Assembly: GCF_009914755.1 (NCBI RefSeq)
Contig: NC_060942.1
DNA: 64,000 nucleotides
Reading direction: 5' to 3' (one strand)
From: the human T2T-CHM13v2.0 reference genome, Homo sapiens
In this document: positions 25,615-39,655 of the stretch, piece by piece
Layout: each line of letters opens with the position of its first letter
Position numbering within the stretch: position 1 is the stretch's first letter
The notes under the pieces: generated by a model
Databases searched by the model: none
What the model was told of the DNA's origin: nothing
The model's input: only the letters and a program-made list of their open reading frames with translations
Position numbers and translations under genes: made by a program

Positions 25615-26655
25615 CATTTTTGGTTTGGCTTTTATTTTGCTTTCATTAATTACAATGTATAAGGAGTAAATGAAATATGTGTGTACCATTTTTAAGATAA
25701 TAAACAAAATGCTCGTGTGCCCACAACTTAGATTAAGAAATAGAGCATTACGGGGAACTTAGATGCCACTCCATGCCCTTGTCTCATCACACCCTGCTCC
25801 TTCCCTAGGGAGGTTGTCATTTTGTGGAAAGATCTACCATTTTCTTTAGTGTTTTCATCTTTATTTAGATTCCAATATGACACATTGTTTCATTTGGCAG
25901 CCTTTTGAATGTAATACCATTTTAATTATACACTATCTATCCTCCCAGAGCACGTTGCTTTGCTCAACATCATGTATTTAGCTTCACTTTTATTGACAAC
26001 TGTAAATGTGTTTCATTCTACAGTTGATGTGCACATGAGTTGTTTCCAGCTCTTGCCATTACCAACAATATTGTTACTCTGAATATCCCTGCATCTTTGT
26101 CTGGGTGCACCTGTGCAAGACAGTATCTAGAGCAACACTTAGGTGTTCATTAGTTGTTCCATTAGTTCTTGGCAATACTTGATGTGATCAGACTTTCTCC
26201 TTCAAGCTATTCTGGTGGATTTAAATCTGCATTTCCCATATAGTAATTAGATGGAGCATGCTTTTATATTTTTATTGGTCCTTTGGGTTTTCTCTTATGT
26301 GAATTATATGTTCAAGTCTGTTGGCAATTTCTTAGGTTATTTTCTAGGAGTATTAAAAATATATTTGAACAGTTACATATGTTCAATTTTATATGTTAAC
26401 AATATCTTTTCCCAATTGGAAATTTATGTTTTTTTTTTTTTTCTTTTTATGGTGTTTTGGTTGTTTACAAATGAAAGTTCTTTATTTAAATGAATCGTTT
26501 CTTTGATGTTCCCTCTTTGGGTTATTCTATGAAAATTGTTCTGTTTTGTTTCTTTCCCTGTGCTCATAGAGGTAGTCTTTTTATCATCTTCTAAGGATAT
26601 TATAATTTTGCCATTTACATTTAGCTCTTTAATCCACCTGTAAATAATTTTTAAG
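25615..26655 (-). mobile_element. Old L1ME-type 3' fragment
   Basis: 'gttgtttccagctcttgccattaccaacaat', 'ctgcatttccc...gagcatgcttttatatttttattgg', 'tttacatttagctctttaatccacctg'. Confidence 0.75.
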
Positions 26656-27106
26656 TGACTCTTGATTTCTTTAAATAGTTAAAGAAGATCTGATGCTTTT
26701 TCACATGTAAGTTATATCTTTCAGCGAGATCTTCATTATACCGAATCCCACAAAGTAAAACTATGTTTTAAAATACGTTATCCTTCCAGAGTGAAGAATT
26801 GTACCTCTGTTATCTCTACTGCAATCCAGTCTCTCTACTTACCTTAAAAGCAGAACAGAACTGCCAATGCTTGTCTGTACTTTGTGTATTTAGTAAGTTA
26901 GGCAGTTCGTTAATTATGCTCTCCTTTATCCAGAGAGCATTTATGCAGCTTTTTCTCTTGTTGTATTCTTATTAAAAAAGCAAATTGAGGTTTCAGTAAG
27001 GTGAAGGGGAAGTAGAAGTGAGAGAAATTATTAAAGGAAATGCAAAATCTAATATATATCTTCATAGAGATGAATGAATTTCAGATGCCATTTTGACTAT
27101 TTTATG

Positions 27107-27150
27107 ACACACACATACACATACACATACACGTACACATATACACACAC
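27107..27150. repeat. (CA)/(CATATA) simple repeat
   Basis: Read directly from the sequence. Confidence 0.8.
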
Positions 27151-29014
27151 AAATCACCAAAGGAGAAGGATAGTATGTTTTGATGTTATATATTTCAAAG
27201 CACCAAAAGGATATAGACAAAGTAGCAGGAAAAGATTATCTTGTCTTCATTCTAAACTGAAATTGTATAGTAGCTATTATACACATTAACTGACTGCATT
27301 ATTGCTTATCATTTTTGGAAACTAGTATAATTGATATAATAAATAGTTTCCAGCTGATATTAGTGAACCTCAGACTATGTCATGTAGATGGAGTAAAGTC
27401 TTTGAATTTATATTTAGAGACCTAAATAATGACAAAACTTTGCCACCCACCCGTCCTAAGTGTGAAATGTGCAGTGAATGAATAAATAAATGAATGAATG
27501 GAAGAATGAATACTAAATAGCAGTATAAAAGTGAGCCACCAGTTTATGAATTAAATTGTTATATGAACAAAGGTGGTCTATCTGTTACAAGTGTTACTGC
27601 TGCTTCTAAATGTTCAAGCAACAGAGCTTTGCCTTTTAGAGTTCTTGTCATGGTATTTTTACCAGTAAAGATTTTATTTTTTTAAGTAATTTATAGTGAG
27701 CTTTGGTATTTTGGTAAAATAATTTCATTGGATTCTGCAGAAGAAAAATAAAATATTCCAAAAAAGGATGGAAAAGAAAACATCTTAACCCAGAGCCTTT
27801 TTATTTCTTTTTGTTTCTTCACATTCCAAGATATCAAAATGCTTATCATTATTATTATTTGTTTCATATACTATATGTTTATCAAACTAAGTTTCTCTGT
27901 CACAGCTGGAACAATCAGGATTTCTTCTGTTGCTTATGATAAATAAGCACTCAATTGTAAGAATGTCCTCAGGGAAAGTTCATTAAAAAAGAAATGAAAA
28001 TGCTGAGAAATAAATGGTTATTTTGATTGCACTTGTTTTGATATAATATGCAAAAATGTAATTTGGTTCTGTAATGTCTGGAATGTAAGGGAAAAAAATT
28101 TAAGATGGAGAAATGGAAAAGATGCTGCATTTATTATGTTATTTCAATTATCTTTTTGTTTCTGAGGGTGGGAGAGTTTGGATTCAAAATATCATTTTAG
28201 AATAAAATGTGAATATAGCTAAAAGGAAAAAAGAGCAAAATACATAAGTAGAAATATTAAGTGATCAATAGATCAAATTGGGCACATTTCTAGCATTTCT
28301 TGACAGGTGCTTTTTTAGATTTAATGCTTAGGTATTTGGATTTCTCTCCTTGTTTTGTTTAAAGTCTCTATTGGCAGCCTTATTCCACAGTTTCCCAGAC
28401 TATTTTGCCTCCTCCTTGTTTGGCTCAGTGACAAGTAACAACCAGTCAGGGAACATTGCAGTAGAGACGTGAATGGCTTGAGGTAAGTGTCTGATATCAG
28501 AAGACAATTCTCTTGGTAAAACGATTCCTTTCAGAGATTCAGGATAGGGAAATGAAAATTAACTTTGCTTTTCTCCAGATTTAATTCTCCTTATTTGTCC
28601 TCATTCCTCAAGTTATTTTCTCTGTTATGTCTCCAAAGTGGATTTACATGACAGTTTTGTTTTTCTCCAACTATCTGAATGATAAGGGAAGGTAGAAGTA
28701 AACAAAGAAAATAATTAAGACAAAAAAATGGCATGAGCCAATGTGCTAAAGAGTGGAAAAACAGGAAAGAGGGATGGCAAAGAGAAGGCCAAGTGGATCA
28801 CTGAATTCAGAAGGCAATAGGGGCCATTGAAGGACCACTAGGATGGAAGAGGAATGGAAATCTAGAGTGCTGATTTCCACTCCCTTAGATTTTCCCTCCA
28901 ATCACTTCTTTACATAATTCGTCAAATCCAACTCTTAATTGCTGTCTCTAAATGTCCATGTTAAGATAATATGGGAAAGTAGATAATACTTATTGGCAGT
29001 GTAATACTATATTT

Positions 29015-29018
<4 letters not shown>

Positions 29019-29052
<34 letters not shown>
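29019..29052. repeat. (CA)17 microsatellite
   Basis: Perfect dinucleotide run. Confidence 0.95.
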
Positions 29053-29060
<8 letters not shown>

Positions 29061-29790
29061 AGAACATCTCAATGGGAGAGAATTGGGGAAATATATGATT
29101 AACCAATGACTGTGGGGCCAACTTTGATCAGTAATTTGTAAAATTTGAAAATATTTTTCTGGTCATATAGTCTTAAAAATATAGTAAGAGCATCCAAGGT
29201 GGGGAAATCGAGGTGGGGCATTTTGATGAAAAAACAAGAGAGAGAGAATTAAAACAGAAATGAGAAAATAGAGGCATAAAATATTTCTTCTATATTGAAT
29301 ACTGTAAAGCACTGGGTATGTTTACACTGTGGAGGAGAAAAGGACATGATATATGCATTCCTTAGTCATCAAGAAATTATACCTTGCAGTGCAATGTACC
29401 CCAGTACCAATGAACAGAAATACAACTTCAGAGGGCAAGAGGGGATGTAAGAAATAAAGAAAGCAGTTGGAGAAATAAAATAAATGATTCTTGAGTGGCT
29501 AAACAAGGGACAAAAGACAAAACATTTTCCAGAGTAAAGAAAGAGTAGAAAAATGAAAAAATATAATGCACATTGTTTTAAAAATTATACAAGCAAAAGA
29601 TTTGGATTAGTAGAGGAGTTTATTCTAGCTTTCCAAAGAAGGGACAATATTAGAGCATATATATTCATGGAAGGGAGATGGATTGGGAAATTATCAACAG
29701 AAAAGTGAAAATTCGTGGCGGAGGTCAACTATAACAATTTGGTTTAAATAACCAATGGATGACTTTAAATAGAACATTATCTCAAAAAAA

Positions 29791-29868
29791 CCTAGCACCC
29801 ATCATAAAACCTGGCACATAATTGATGCTCAACAAAATGATGACATGAATGAATAAATGAATGAATGA
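29791..29868 (+). mobile_element. L2 3' end
   Basis: 'cctggcacataattgatgctcaacaaa' plus (TGAA)n tail. Confidence 0.7.
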
Positions 29869-29882
29869 AAAGCCAAGTAAAT

Positions 29883-29928
29883 ATTAAAAGTAATTGCAAA
29901 AACTGCATTTACTTTGGCACTGAACTAA
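29883..29928 (-). mobile_element. Half MADE1 (one arm plus spacer)
   Basis: 'attaaaagtaattgcaaaaactgcatttactttggcactgaactaa' + TA aligns to the right half of the MADE1 at 1312-1391. Confidence 0.7.
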
Positions 29929-31412
29929 TAAACATGGCACATTAGAGAAAAAAAGAATGATGGTGACAATATGAAACTAGAGACATGGCCTGGAGTCAAG
30001 GAAGCTTGCAAGAGGCCATTACAGAAAACCAAATGAGAGAAAAGTTTGGTGATGAGGAAAGAAAGAAGAAGGAGCTGAGAAGGAGTACAAGGGACCTATG
30101 ATACTCCTAAGGGAGTGCTATAAAAGCCTGGCTATCTGGAGATAGAGATGATTTAGAAGGAATTATGGTAAGTTTGATACCAGAGACATTACGTTTGCTG
30201 ACACTGAAAATGTGTAGGTGACAGTTGGAGATACAAGACTTGACCTTGGTACAAACTTAATCTGGGGATCTTTTTGTAAAATGCTAACACAGAGGTTCAC
30301 TAGACCAAGATAATGGATGTTGCCTACTTGAAAACAGAGAACAGAGAACAAAGAACTGAGCCTTGGGATATATTTATGACCCATTAAACATACACTGATG
30401 GGTCCCAATCAAACTAATGGAAACCCTCGTCAACTGGCAAAAGTAGGCTGGCTTGGATTTTTGGTTTGCTGTGGTTGTTCAGTGGAGAGATATCTTTAGA
30501 AAAAACTACTTTGAAATTGATATGTACTGCTAATGATTGATTGTGTAACTTGCATTTAAGCAAGTTGTGTAGGTAAGTCAGTTATTTATTTCATATTATA
30601 GAAGAGACTCCTGATTGAACTGTGAACATTCTCTTTGGGATTGCTTGGTGAGGCCCACCTAGCTGGACTTGTATGTGTTATGTATTCTTAGTATAATCTC
30701 TCTTTCCTCACATATTTAAAGTATATATATCAACTCCGTGTTTATAAGCACACATACAACTAGAAGAAAGACATTTCATTCAATTTTTGGAAATAACATT
30801 TTTTTAAGTACAAATAACCAGAGTTAGCTAATTTTTTTTAATTAAGCATTTGCCATACAAAATTTTTTAAGCTGAAATCTTGAGTGGAAACCAATATCTT
30901 CAAAGAAAACAAACATTTAGAATTATAAACCAAAAGAAGACACAACAATATTATTTTCATAAGCAGAGATGATATGATGGTGGTGGTGGTGGCAGCAGGA
31001 GGAAGGGTTTAGGGTAAAAATCTAAAAACCCAGTGATATTTAAATCAGGGAGATATAACAAATAAAGGGAGAGAGCATATTTAAAATTCAGGAGACGGAT
31101 CACAAAATTTAGGGATTGACAATAATGCTGCCAAGTGTTTTGGAAACTTCACTTTTGCTTGCTTCAAAGTTTTTCTTTCTTATATGGGACTACTAAGTAG
31201 AATGTTTTAGGTAGTATTCCTGGCGATACTTCACATTTGGGCACTTAATCAAGTATACCAATTAAACAGAACTCTCTGTATGTTAAGAGAAATACAGAGG
31301 AAAAAAATTCCTAGACGTTTTTGATTATTTCCTTTTTTTCCCCATGTCACATTTAGCTGTCTGGACCTCTGGACTAAGGATATTTAATTTGGGGCTTATT
31401 ATTATAAGCCAG

Positions 31413-31472
31413 AAGTATCTATGAACTAATTATCTATGAGCTAATATATGAACTAAGTATCTATGAACTAAT
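31413..31472. repeat. ~15-bp tandem repeat x4 (AAGTATCTATGAACT variants)
   Basis: Copies at 31413, 31428, 31443 (shortened), 31455. Confidence 0.85.
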
Positions 31473-32454
31473 CACTAATCATTTATGTGATTAATGTTAA
31501 AAACGTGGGAAAAACGTGCATATCTTGAGTTGGCTCTAGTTAATCAGAATGGAGAAAAAAAATCCAAGGTGCCCCTAGCCCCTCTTCCAAAGCAGTGAGG
31601 TGGTACTGGATTTTTAACATGCTATTAGTTACATCTCGCATAGAATGAACACATCAACACCAGGGACTCCTCCTATTCCTCACCTGATTCACTGCTAAAT
31701 GCAGAGTGCTTTGAATGTAGAGCACAGATATTTTCAGTAGATTTCTCTCCAGTGTAGGACTTTACAAGGAGAAGCAGAATTTCTATAATGTTTTCATATC
31801 CAAGAGGGCATATTTCTTCAACCACAGGATCCAAAGACATTAACTTCATTACTTTTATTAAAGTTTGACTTGGGCTGAGACCTTCAAAATCCTTACTCTT
31901 CGACAGCTGTTTGGTGGTTTGTTTAGGACTTCACTGGGCAGTCTCAGCACAGTTCCTCCTGGACAAGTGTCAGCATCTCCTCCAAATCTCTGTCATCCTC
32001 TGCCTTAATTGGCTCCATTAACAGGTGTTATCAGGCCAAAAAATGAGGATTCAACTGATTCATCACTTCCTGAGGCCTAGTGTCAAAGATAGCAGCATTT
32101 GGAACACACTGGGGGTGAAGAAGAAGCTGGGAAATATTAAAATACTTCTCAATCCATTCTGCTTCAGTTGGTAAAGTATAATAATGGATTGATTGATTTA
32201 AATTTGAACCTTAGCCTTGAACCAAATGCTAGAATAAGCATGAGATCTTAGTTTCCTTTAACTTCCTTTTCTTATATTGTGAGTGCTGCCAATGAATAGA
32301 TTACCAATACTACTAATTCTGAAATGTTTTTTGTGCTTGCATTATATCAGACATTATTTATTTAGCTTTGCATAAGACCATATCGTTATCCTTATTTTTT
32401 GTGTTGAATAAGCTTAAGATCAAGAAATTAAATGTCTTGTCGAAAACTTTACAA

Positions 32455-32678
32455 AGATGGAAAGCAGACTGGTAGTTTCCTGGTCTGGAGGTGGGAATGA
32501 GAATTCCTTATACCTGGGCAGAAGGAGTCTTACTGGGGTAATGAAAATATTCTAAAAGTGATTTATGGTGATGGGTGCACCACTCAGTACATTGACCAAA
32601 ATTTATTGAATTGTATACTTGAGTAGGGTAAATTTTTTGTCCAAAATATACATCAAATAAGCTACTTAAGAAAAAAAC
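32455..32678 (+). mobile_element. L1MB-type 3' end
   Basis: 'tggggtaatgaaaatattctaaaa...ggtgatgggtgcaccactc...attgaattgtatactt' then short A tail. Confidence 0.8.
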
Positions 32679-35259
32679 AGTCCTAACAAAAGTTACATCT
32701 TCCCATTCTAACCCTGGGTTCTTGCATATGTAGGGCAATGCAGCAGCTCTAGGCAAATACGGAGGATCTGGTTCCTCCCTTTGTTTGCTACAGGATATTG
32801 AGCAATTTATGCAACTGGGTAGTAGTTTTGTCAATTAAATGAAGTCACTGGACTAGTTATGTGTCTTGACAATCTTGTTTTAATTCCAAGAACACTTAAT
32901 TTTAACTGAGCAGGATATCTATGAATTGACATAAAATAGTATAATATGTATGAAAACAATTGCATAGAAATATTATGATTGAGGAAAGAAAAACCATGAA
33001 AATCATTTATCACTTGGTGGCACTATGAGGAATTAATTTCTTTATTATTTTATTTTGAAACTATTCTAAAATAAATATGTATTTAAAAAGAAAATAAATT
33101 TTATTTAAAAAATTAACGACTATGTAAAGACATTTGATAAAGATGTTTTCAATGCAGAAGCCTAATAGGGAAATTGTGATACACTGGGGCAGAATTGAAA
33201 GTCTGATGTCTTTTTTGCATTACATCTGAAATAAAAGGTCCAAAAATTTGTGCAACTATTTATGTAACAGCAAGTCTGAGTTTTGTTTGGTTATTTGGTT
33301 TTCTTAGTAGTTTCATTGGTGGCTTATAATGTATAAATACCCAGAGGATAGTCCTGAGATATAGTTAAATGTCTAAAATTTCTATAAAGCACACTAATCT
33401 ACAACTGCACAGAAACATGCGTAGCTATGATAGGTAAATTATATGAACAGAATAAAAGAGAGACCTAATTTTAAATCCACTCTAAATTATAAACATTCTC
33501 TTCTTTAAGCAAATACAGCATAAAATTAAATAAAGTTATAGGAGAAATATTAAAAGGGGAGTAATTCTTCCTCAAACAAATTATATTCAAATTAATTTAT
33601 ATTTTATATTTACTTTAAATATCACACACTTTCTTCATCATTTTCAAATAAGATTTAATTTAGATGAATTCAATTTGTATCTCATATTTTAATTTCAAAA
33701 CATGCCCATGCCCATTGCCTACAGTGAGGCACATCCCACTCTGAATTACATGTTAAATTCTGTGGTGTCAATAGGAATGCAGCAAGTAGGGCATCTTGTA
33801 TCAGGCAAGGGAGAAAGAAAGGCTCTTAGCCTCAGTGAAAGCAGCAAGATCATGAATAAACCTACGTGATGTCAAATACTTGGAATAAAGATGAGCATCT
33901 CAGACACATGAGTATACGTATCATATCTCTAAAATTTTGGCCATAGGAATATGAATATCAGGATGGTGGAATGTGTTTACATTGCATTCAGATTTTAGCT
34001 TAAGGACTGCTTTAAGAACAGATCCAGATGTAGTATCACAATGCATGAGATTAACTCATGTTTAAAATAATTATTTATGTGATATATGTAAATAGAATTA
34101 CACATGTCATCCTTAATTGTTACTTCTGCTTTATGGGTTAACTATGTGAGTTAATCATAGTCATTAAATCCAAAACTACTAGAAACACTAGATACTAAAT
34201 ACTAAACTTTACTGGAAACAAAGGGAATACTATAGGGAAAAAAATCGCAGAAAGAGTCATGGCCTTCAGAAGAGAAACACAGTCAAATTTCAACCCAGCA
34301 GAAATGGACCAGGCAAATATAAACCACATTCTGTTCTTGTCTTCCAATGACCTGCCATTCAAACTCAAACAGAAGCCTGAAGGCAGGAGAACCCATTGAT
34401 ATCCACATCCCAAAATTCAGAGAAGGACAAAGATCTCAAGGACTAGCACAGCTATGTAGATTATGTTCCTACTTTATTTATTTAGTCATAGACTATACTT
34501 AATCCTACAACATTCTTCAGGGTCTCTTTAGAAAAATATTCCATGTATTCCCAATGCAAACTTTTTTTTTCATCATTTTAAGATTAAAATTCTCATTGGC
34601 ACCCTTTCATATTATCACGGCCAACAAAGAAACAAATATTATCTAAAATGCCTATAGACCTTTAAATTTTTCAAATACCTTTTATTAACCTCATACTAGT
34701 TAGATATTCATAATAACTTGATTAGAAAATATCATGTTCTTCATTTAGAAATGAAAGTATTGAGATTAAGGAAAATTAACTGAACCATCTGAGGTCAGAG
34801 CAATGGTAAGAACACAGTTCTCATAGTCAGTTTTCCTTTATTCCATTTTTTTAAAGTGCTTCTACACAAAACTATATAGAACAAAACTGTCAATGCCTTT
34901 ATATGTATACCCGGAGGAGCATCATTTGGACGATGGGCATTTAATCTACATTATATTACGTCACATTATCTCACATACTCAAGCTCGTGTTCAATGTGAG
35001 TTACTTATAGGAATGTCTGCATACAAGACCATATGCATGCTACTGTGATAGACAAAAGAGAAGGCAGTTGAGAATGTTTGAACATTTGCAACATACTAGG
35101 CTTTATGGTAAGCACGTTACACATATTACCTATGTACATTATGTCACAAAACGTGGTGTTTATATTCAGAGGACACATGATATGCTGAGAAGCAGAACGA
35201 GTCCCACGAGAATGAAAAATAGAGGCAAAAATCTCCTTGTCAGCTTCACTAGGAGGCAC

Positions 35260-35585
35260 AAATGAGCTGGGCCTTGAAGCAAGTTTAAACATACACAGAA
35301 AGTGAGACACGTGGATGTGGTCATTATATACAAAAGGCATTCTATGTGGAAAGTCACAGAGGTAGGATATCTTAGAGGAGCAGATAGAGAAAGATTTTGT
35401 ACCTAAGAAGACATTGAAAGGAATCTTTGGAAATAAGTTTAGAATGGTATACTGAGTTCAGGCCATTGAATGTCATGGATGCCAGTCAGAACACTTTGGC
35501 ATTTGTTTTGTGGATATGCAAAGATTTTTTGATCAGAGGTGTTATATGATCAGAGCCAAACTGAAAGTGTTTTACTCTGGAAGCA
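35260..35585 (-). mobile_element. L2 internal fragment
   Basis: 'gagctgggccttgaag', 'ggccattgaatgtcatg', 'atatgatcagag...actctggaagcag'. Confidence 0.55.
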
Positions 35586-35639
35586 GATGAAGATATGTTA
35601 CCCTTAGAGGCATTTAGAACTTGGAAATTCTCAGAGCTC

Positions 35640-36150
35640 ACTTCAAGATCCTCTTCAGTCTTTCCTCTGTTCTCTTTATTGCCAAGTTGTCTCATCCAGT
35701 CTGAGGCTTTGCTCATCAGACATATGGCAGTGATGTTTCTCACAGTTTCATGTCTTCTAAGCTACACACCTACATGGCCAACTGTCTAGTCAACAGCTGC
35801 TCTGATTTTTCAAACTCATTTCAATTCAGTATGCCCAAGTAAGTGCTTACATACATACACAAAATATGGTCCCCTTTGAAATAGGCTTCTTTTTTATACA
35901 TCATCTGGATCCACCACCAATCCAAGATTATAATTCAGAAACCCAGGAGTTCTTCTAGTTACCTCCTCCTGTCTCTCCAGCTATATCAAAATCATCATTA
36001 AGTGTGCTTAAAGTGGTGGATGTCCTGGTAGTTCCCATTCTTTTCTGTCTCTGTGACCCTCAAAACCTTCCTTTGACAGTCTCAATGGTTTTTAAACCCA
36101 TCCTTTCAGGGGTTCATTGCCCTTCATGTAGCCTCACATCTTCAGTGCCA
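35640..36150 (+). mobile_element. L2 internal fragment
   Basis: 'ctcatccagtctgaggcttt', 'cagaaacccaggagttcttct' resemble forward L2. Confidence 0.5.
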
Positions 36151-38704
36151 CAGAAAATAAAGAAGACAACAATTAATGGAAGTAGCATATATAAAGGAAA
36201 GTTCTTTTTGTTTTTATAAAATAATGAAATTTGTTTTAAACCAAATATCTGTCTTATTGAGTAATCAGAATATGTATGGCTTGATGATTCACCTGCTGAG
36301 GCAGAAGTACAGTCTCAGTAGAGTTCATAGAGAATTCTAACTTATATTCTACAGACAGACAAATAATAGATCACAGGAAATAAATTTTCTTCTCTCTTTT
36401 CTGCAGTGTCAAAAGACACTTTATGCATTGTAAGTAAACGTTCTTAAAATCTCACTAGCTCTGATTAATATCTATAAACTTGGTTTTCAGAAAACCTATC
36501 TTTACATAGCATGGTGATGGAGCTATGCTAAATCTTTTCCCTGAAAAAATATTTTCTGCAGTTTCAAAAATCACATTTACCACAAGTCTTACTTGTAGTT
36601 GATCAGCTGGACCTATTTTTGGTCCTGATAGAAAGTAAATTCTATGATCAATTGAGTGGGTGTTTGATCCTATGGAAATGGCTAATCTTTCTCATACACT
36701 GGAATGGTCTCACTTTACCTGTAATTAATTGTGTTTTCATAATACAAGTAAAATTGAAAGAGGTTCAAATCCTCTTATAGTGTTGATATGTAGAGGTATG
36801 TTATTCAAACTATTTTTCTGTGAATGAGAAATAAAATGAGTTCATGGTGATCAGTGTTCAGAAATGGGAAAATTAGTTAACATTTGAAAAAGAGATCCAC
36901 ATCTTACATGAAATACCCTGGTTTATTGTAAAACTAAATGTCTGTCTTGTTGAATTGAGCTCTCTGAATAGGTACCTCAGGAGTCTTTTGAATTGCCAGA
37001 ACTGAAACTCATAAACATTCGTTAATATAATACTTTTGGAAATATTTTCCTTTTTCCAAAACATTGCAGTTTCTGTAGAAAAAATGTTTTTCTGTATCAG
37101 GAAGATAAATCCTAATACGGGAAGCAATTAAAAAGATAAAAGAAGCAATAGTTTTAAATGTTATCTTTATATACCTATTGGTGGCAAAGTGGTTGAAAAA
37201 CTCTGTGAGGGATTTGTAGCATTTTCAGTTTCTTCAGGATAAAGATGATCAGGCTGACAATTGATTTTCAACCTGCTGAAAATGCTAAAAAGCAATTGTG
37301 TTTTTCTTTTTTCTTTCTGGTCCAAACTCAGTATAGATCTGTACATACCTATACATTTAAAAAGTTGACCTAAGACTTAAACACATTCAGTAACAAGAGA
37401 CACTGCCCATGCTTTAAAATCACTGTTTAAAGCTTTAAAAATACTTATAGAGTTTAGGAATGAGATCCATTCAACCATGGCAAATAGAGGATTTGGTTAT
37501 TTGTGGTATAACATTAGTCTTTTATGAGTTTTCCTCATGCACAGAAAATTCTGAGTCAGCCACACTGAGACTGAGCGTGGCTCTATAGTCTGGTTCAGTG
37601 ATTCCGTGATTGGGTTCACATAATGGAGGATAGTCTGTGAAACAGAACTTCTGTGAGATTTAGAGACTCACTGAAGAGCAAATGCTGTACAAGCAATAGA
37701 GCTGGTGCTAGAATTGTTGCTTTGAAACACAGTCCTCAAATCTTCCTATTCCCTGCTACCAGACCCAGCTCAGTCTTTCATTCAGCAAATAGTGATTAGT
37801 GTTACTATGTGGTGCTCTTCCAAATGCATGAGATATGGAATTGAATAAAGCACATAAAACTCCTGTCCTCCTGACACTTGTACTCTGAAGAAGAGATACC
37901 AATATGCAAAAGAGGTCATACAAAGTCTGTTATATAGTGGTATGTGCTATGGAGAAAAATATCATTGGGAAGGGAAATAGAGGGTTTGGGGCAGTGAAAT
38001 TTTAAACATAGTATTCACAGAAGGGCTCATGGAGAAAACAGAATTTAAATAAAGACTTGAAGGGAGTGATGGAGCGAGCCATGGGGACAACTATGAAAAA
38101 TAATTTAAGCAGAGGGAAAAAGAAGTGCAGAAGCACTGAGGTGAGAATGTGCCTAATGAATAAGATGAATAGCATGGAGCCAGGTATATCTAGGGGATCT
38201 AGCCAGATAAGTGAAGGGAAGACAACTCTCATAGAATCTTATAAAGGGACATTAGCTGTACTCAGTGTGAGACGAGATGATATAGGAACACTCTGAACAG
38301 AGAATAGCACGGTCTGACTTTGTTTTAATGCCATCACTCTACATTCTGGGTATGGTTGAGAATAGACTCAAGAGGGGCCAGGGCAGAAAGAGGATATCTA
38401 GTTTGGAAGTAATCACAAGAAGAGAGGAAGTGGCAAGGAGAAAATAGACTCTAGATACACAAAGAATGGAGAAACAATACTTTCCAGATTTTTGACTGAA
38501 TAACTGGAAGGAAGGAGTTGCTATGAATTGAGATGAAGAAACTGTAGGAAGAGCAAATTTCAGGTGGCAGAACAGAGAGATCCAGATTCAAATGTGTTAA
38601 ATTTGAAATACCCAGTAAATCTCAAGTGGAGCTGCAAATGAGGATTTGGATACACATGTTTGGCATTAACTGGAGAGATTAGGCTGGAAATATAATTTGT
38701 AAAT

Positions 38705-39145
38705 TGTACTGGGTTGAACAGCATTCCCCCAAAATTTATGTCCTAATTGTAAACTCAGTATAGGACTTTATGTAGAAATAAGGTAATTGCAGATGTAATT
38801 AGCTCAGGCAAGATGAGGTCATACTTGAGTGGTGCGGGCTCTTAATCTACACCACTTCTGTCCTCAAAGGAGGGAAGATGACACAGACATACAGGGAGAA
38901 CGTCATGTGACGATGGAAGTAGAGAATGAGTGATGTGTCTACAAGCCAAATAACTGCAATTGCCGGGGACACCAGAAGTTAAAGAAAGATATGAAACAGA
39001 ATTTCCCCTATAGCCTTTAGATAAAGCATGGCCCTGCCGACACCTAGATTTCCAAATTCTAGCTTCCAGAGCTTTGAAAGAACATAGTTATTTTAAGCTA
39101 CCCAATGATGGTACTTTTATTAAAGTTGTTCTGGAATATGCTACA
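38705..39145 (+). mobile_element. MLT1C-like solo LTR inside L2
   Basis: TGTACTGGGTTGAACAG...; 'gcagatgtaattag..aagatgaggtcatac', 'gcatggccctgccgacacc'; ends TACA; TSD TAAAT/GAAAT. Confidence 0.85.
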
Positions 39146-39233
39146 GAAATCATCAGCATACAAAGATTAGTTAGTCAAAAGGCCAGATGAACTTGCTCAA
39201 GAAAGTAGATGCAGTTAGAAAAAGATGAGGACC

Positions 39234-39655
<422 letters not shown>

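Noticed and set aside
31413-31472. Short repeats as a CRISPR-like array
   Set aside because: Directly tandem units with no unique spacers.
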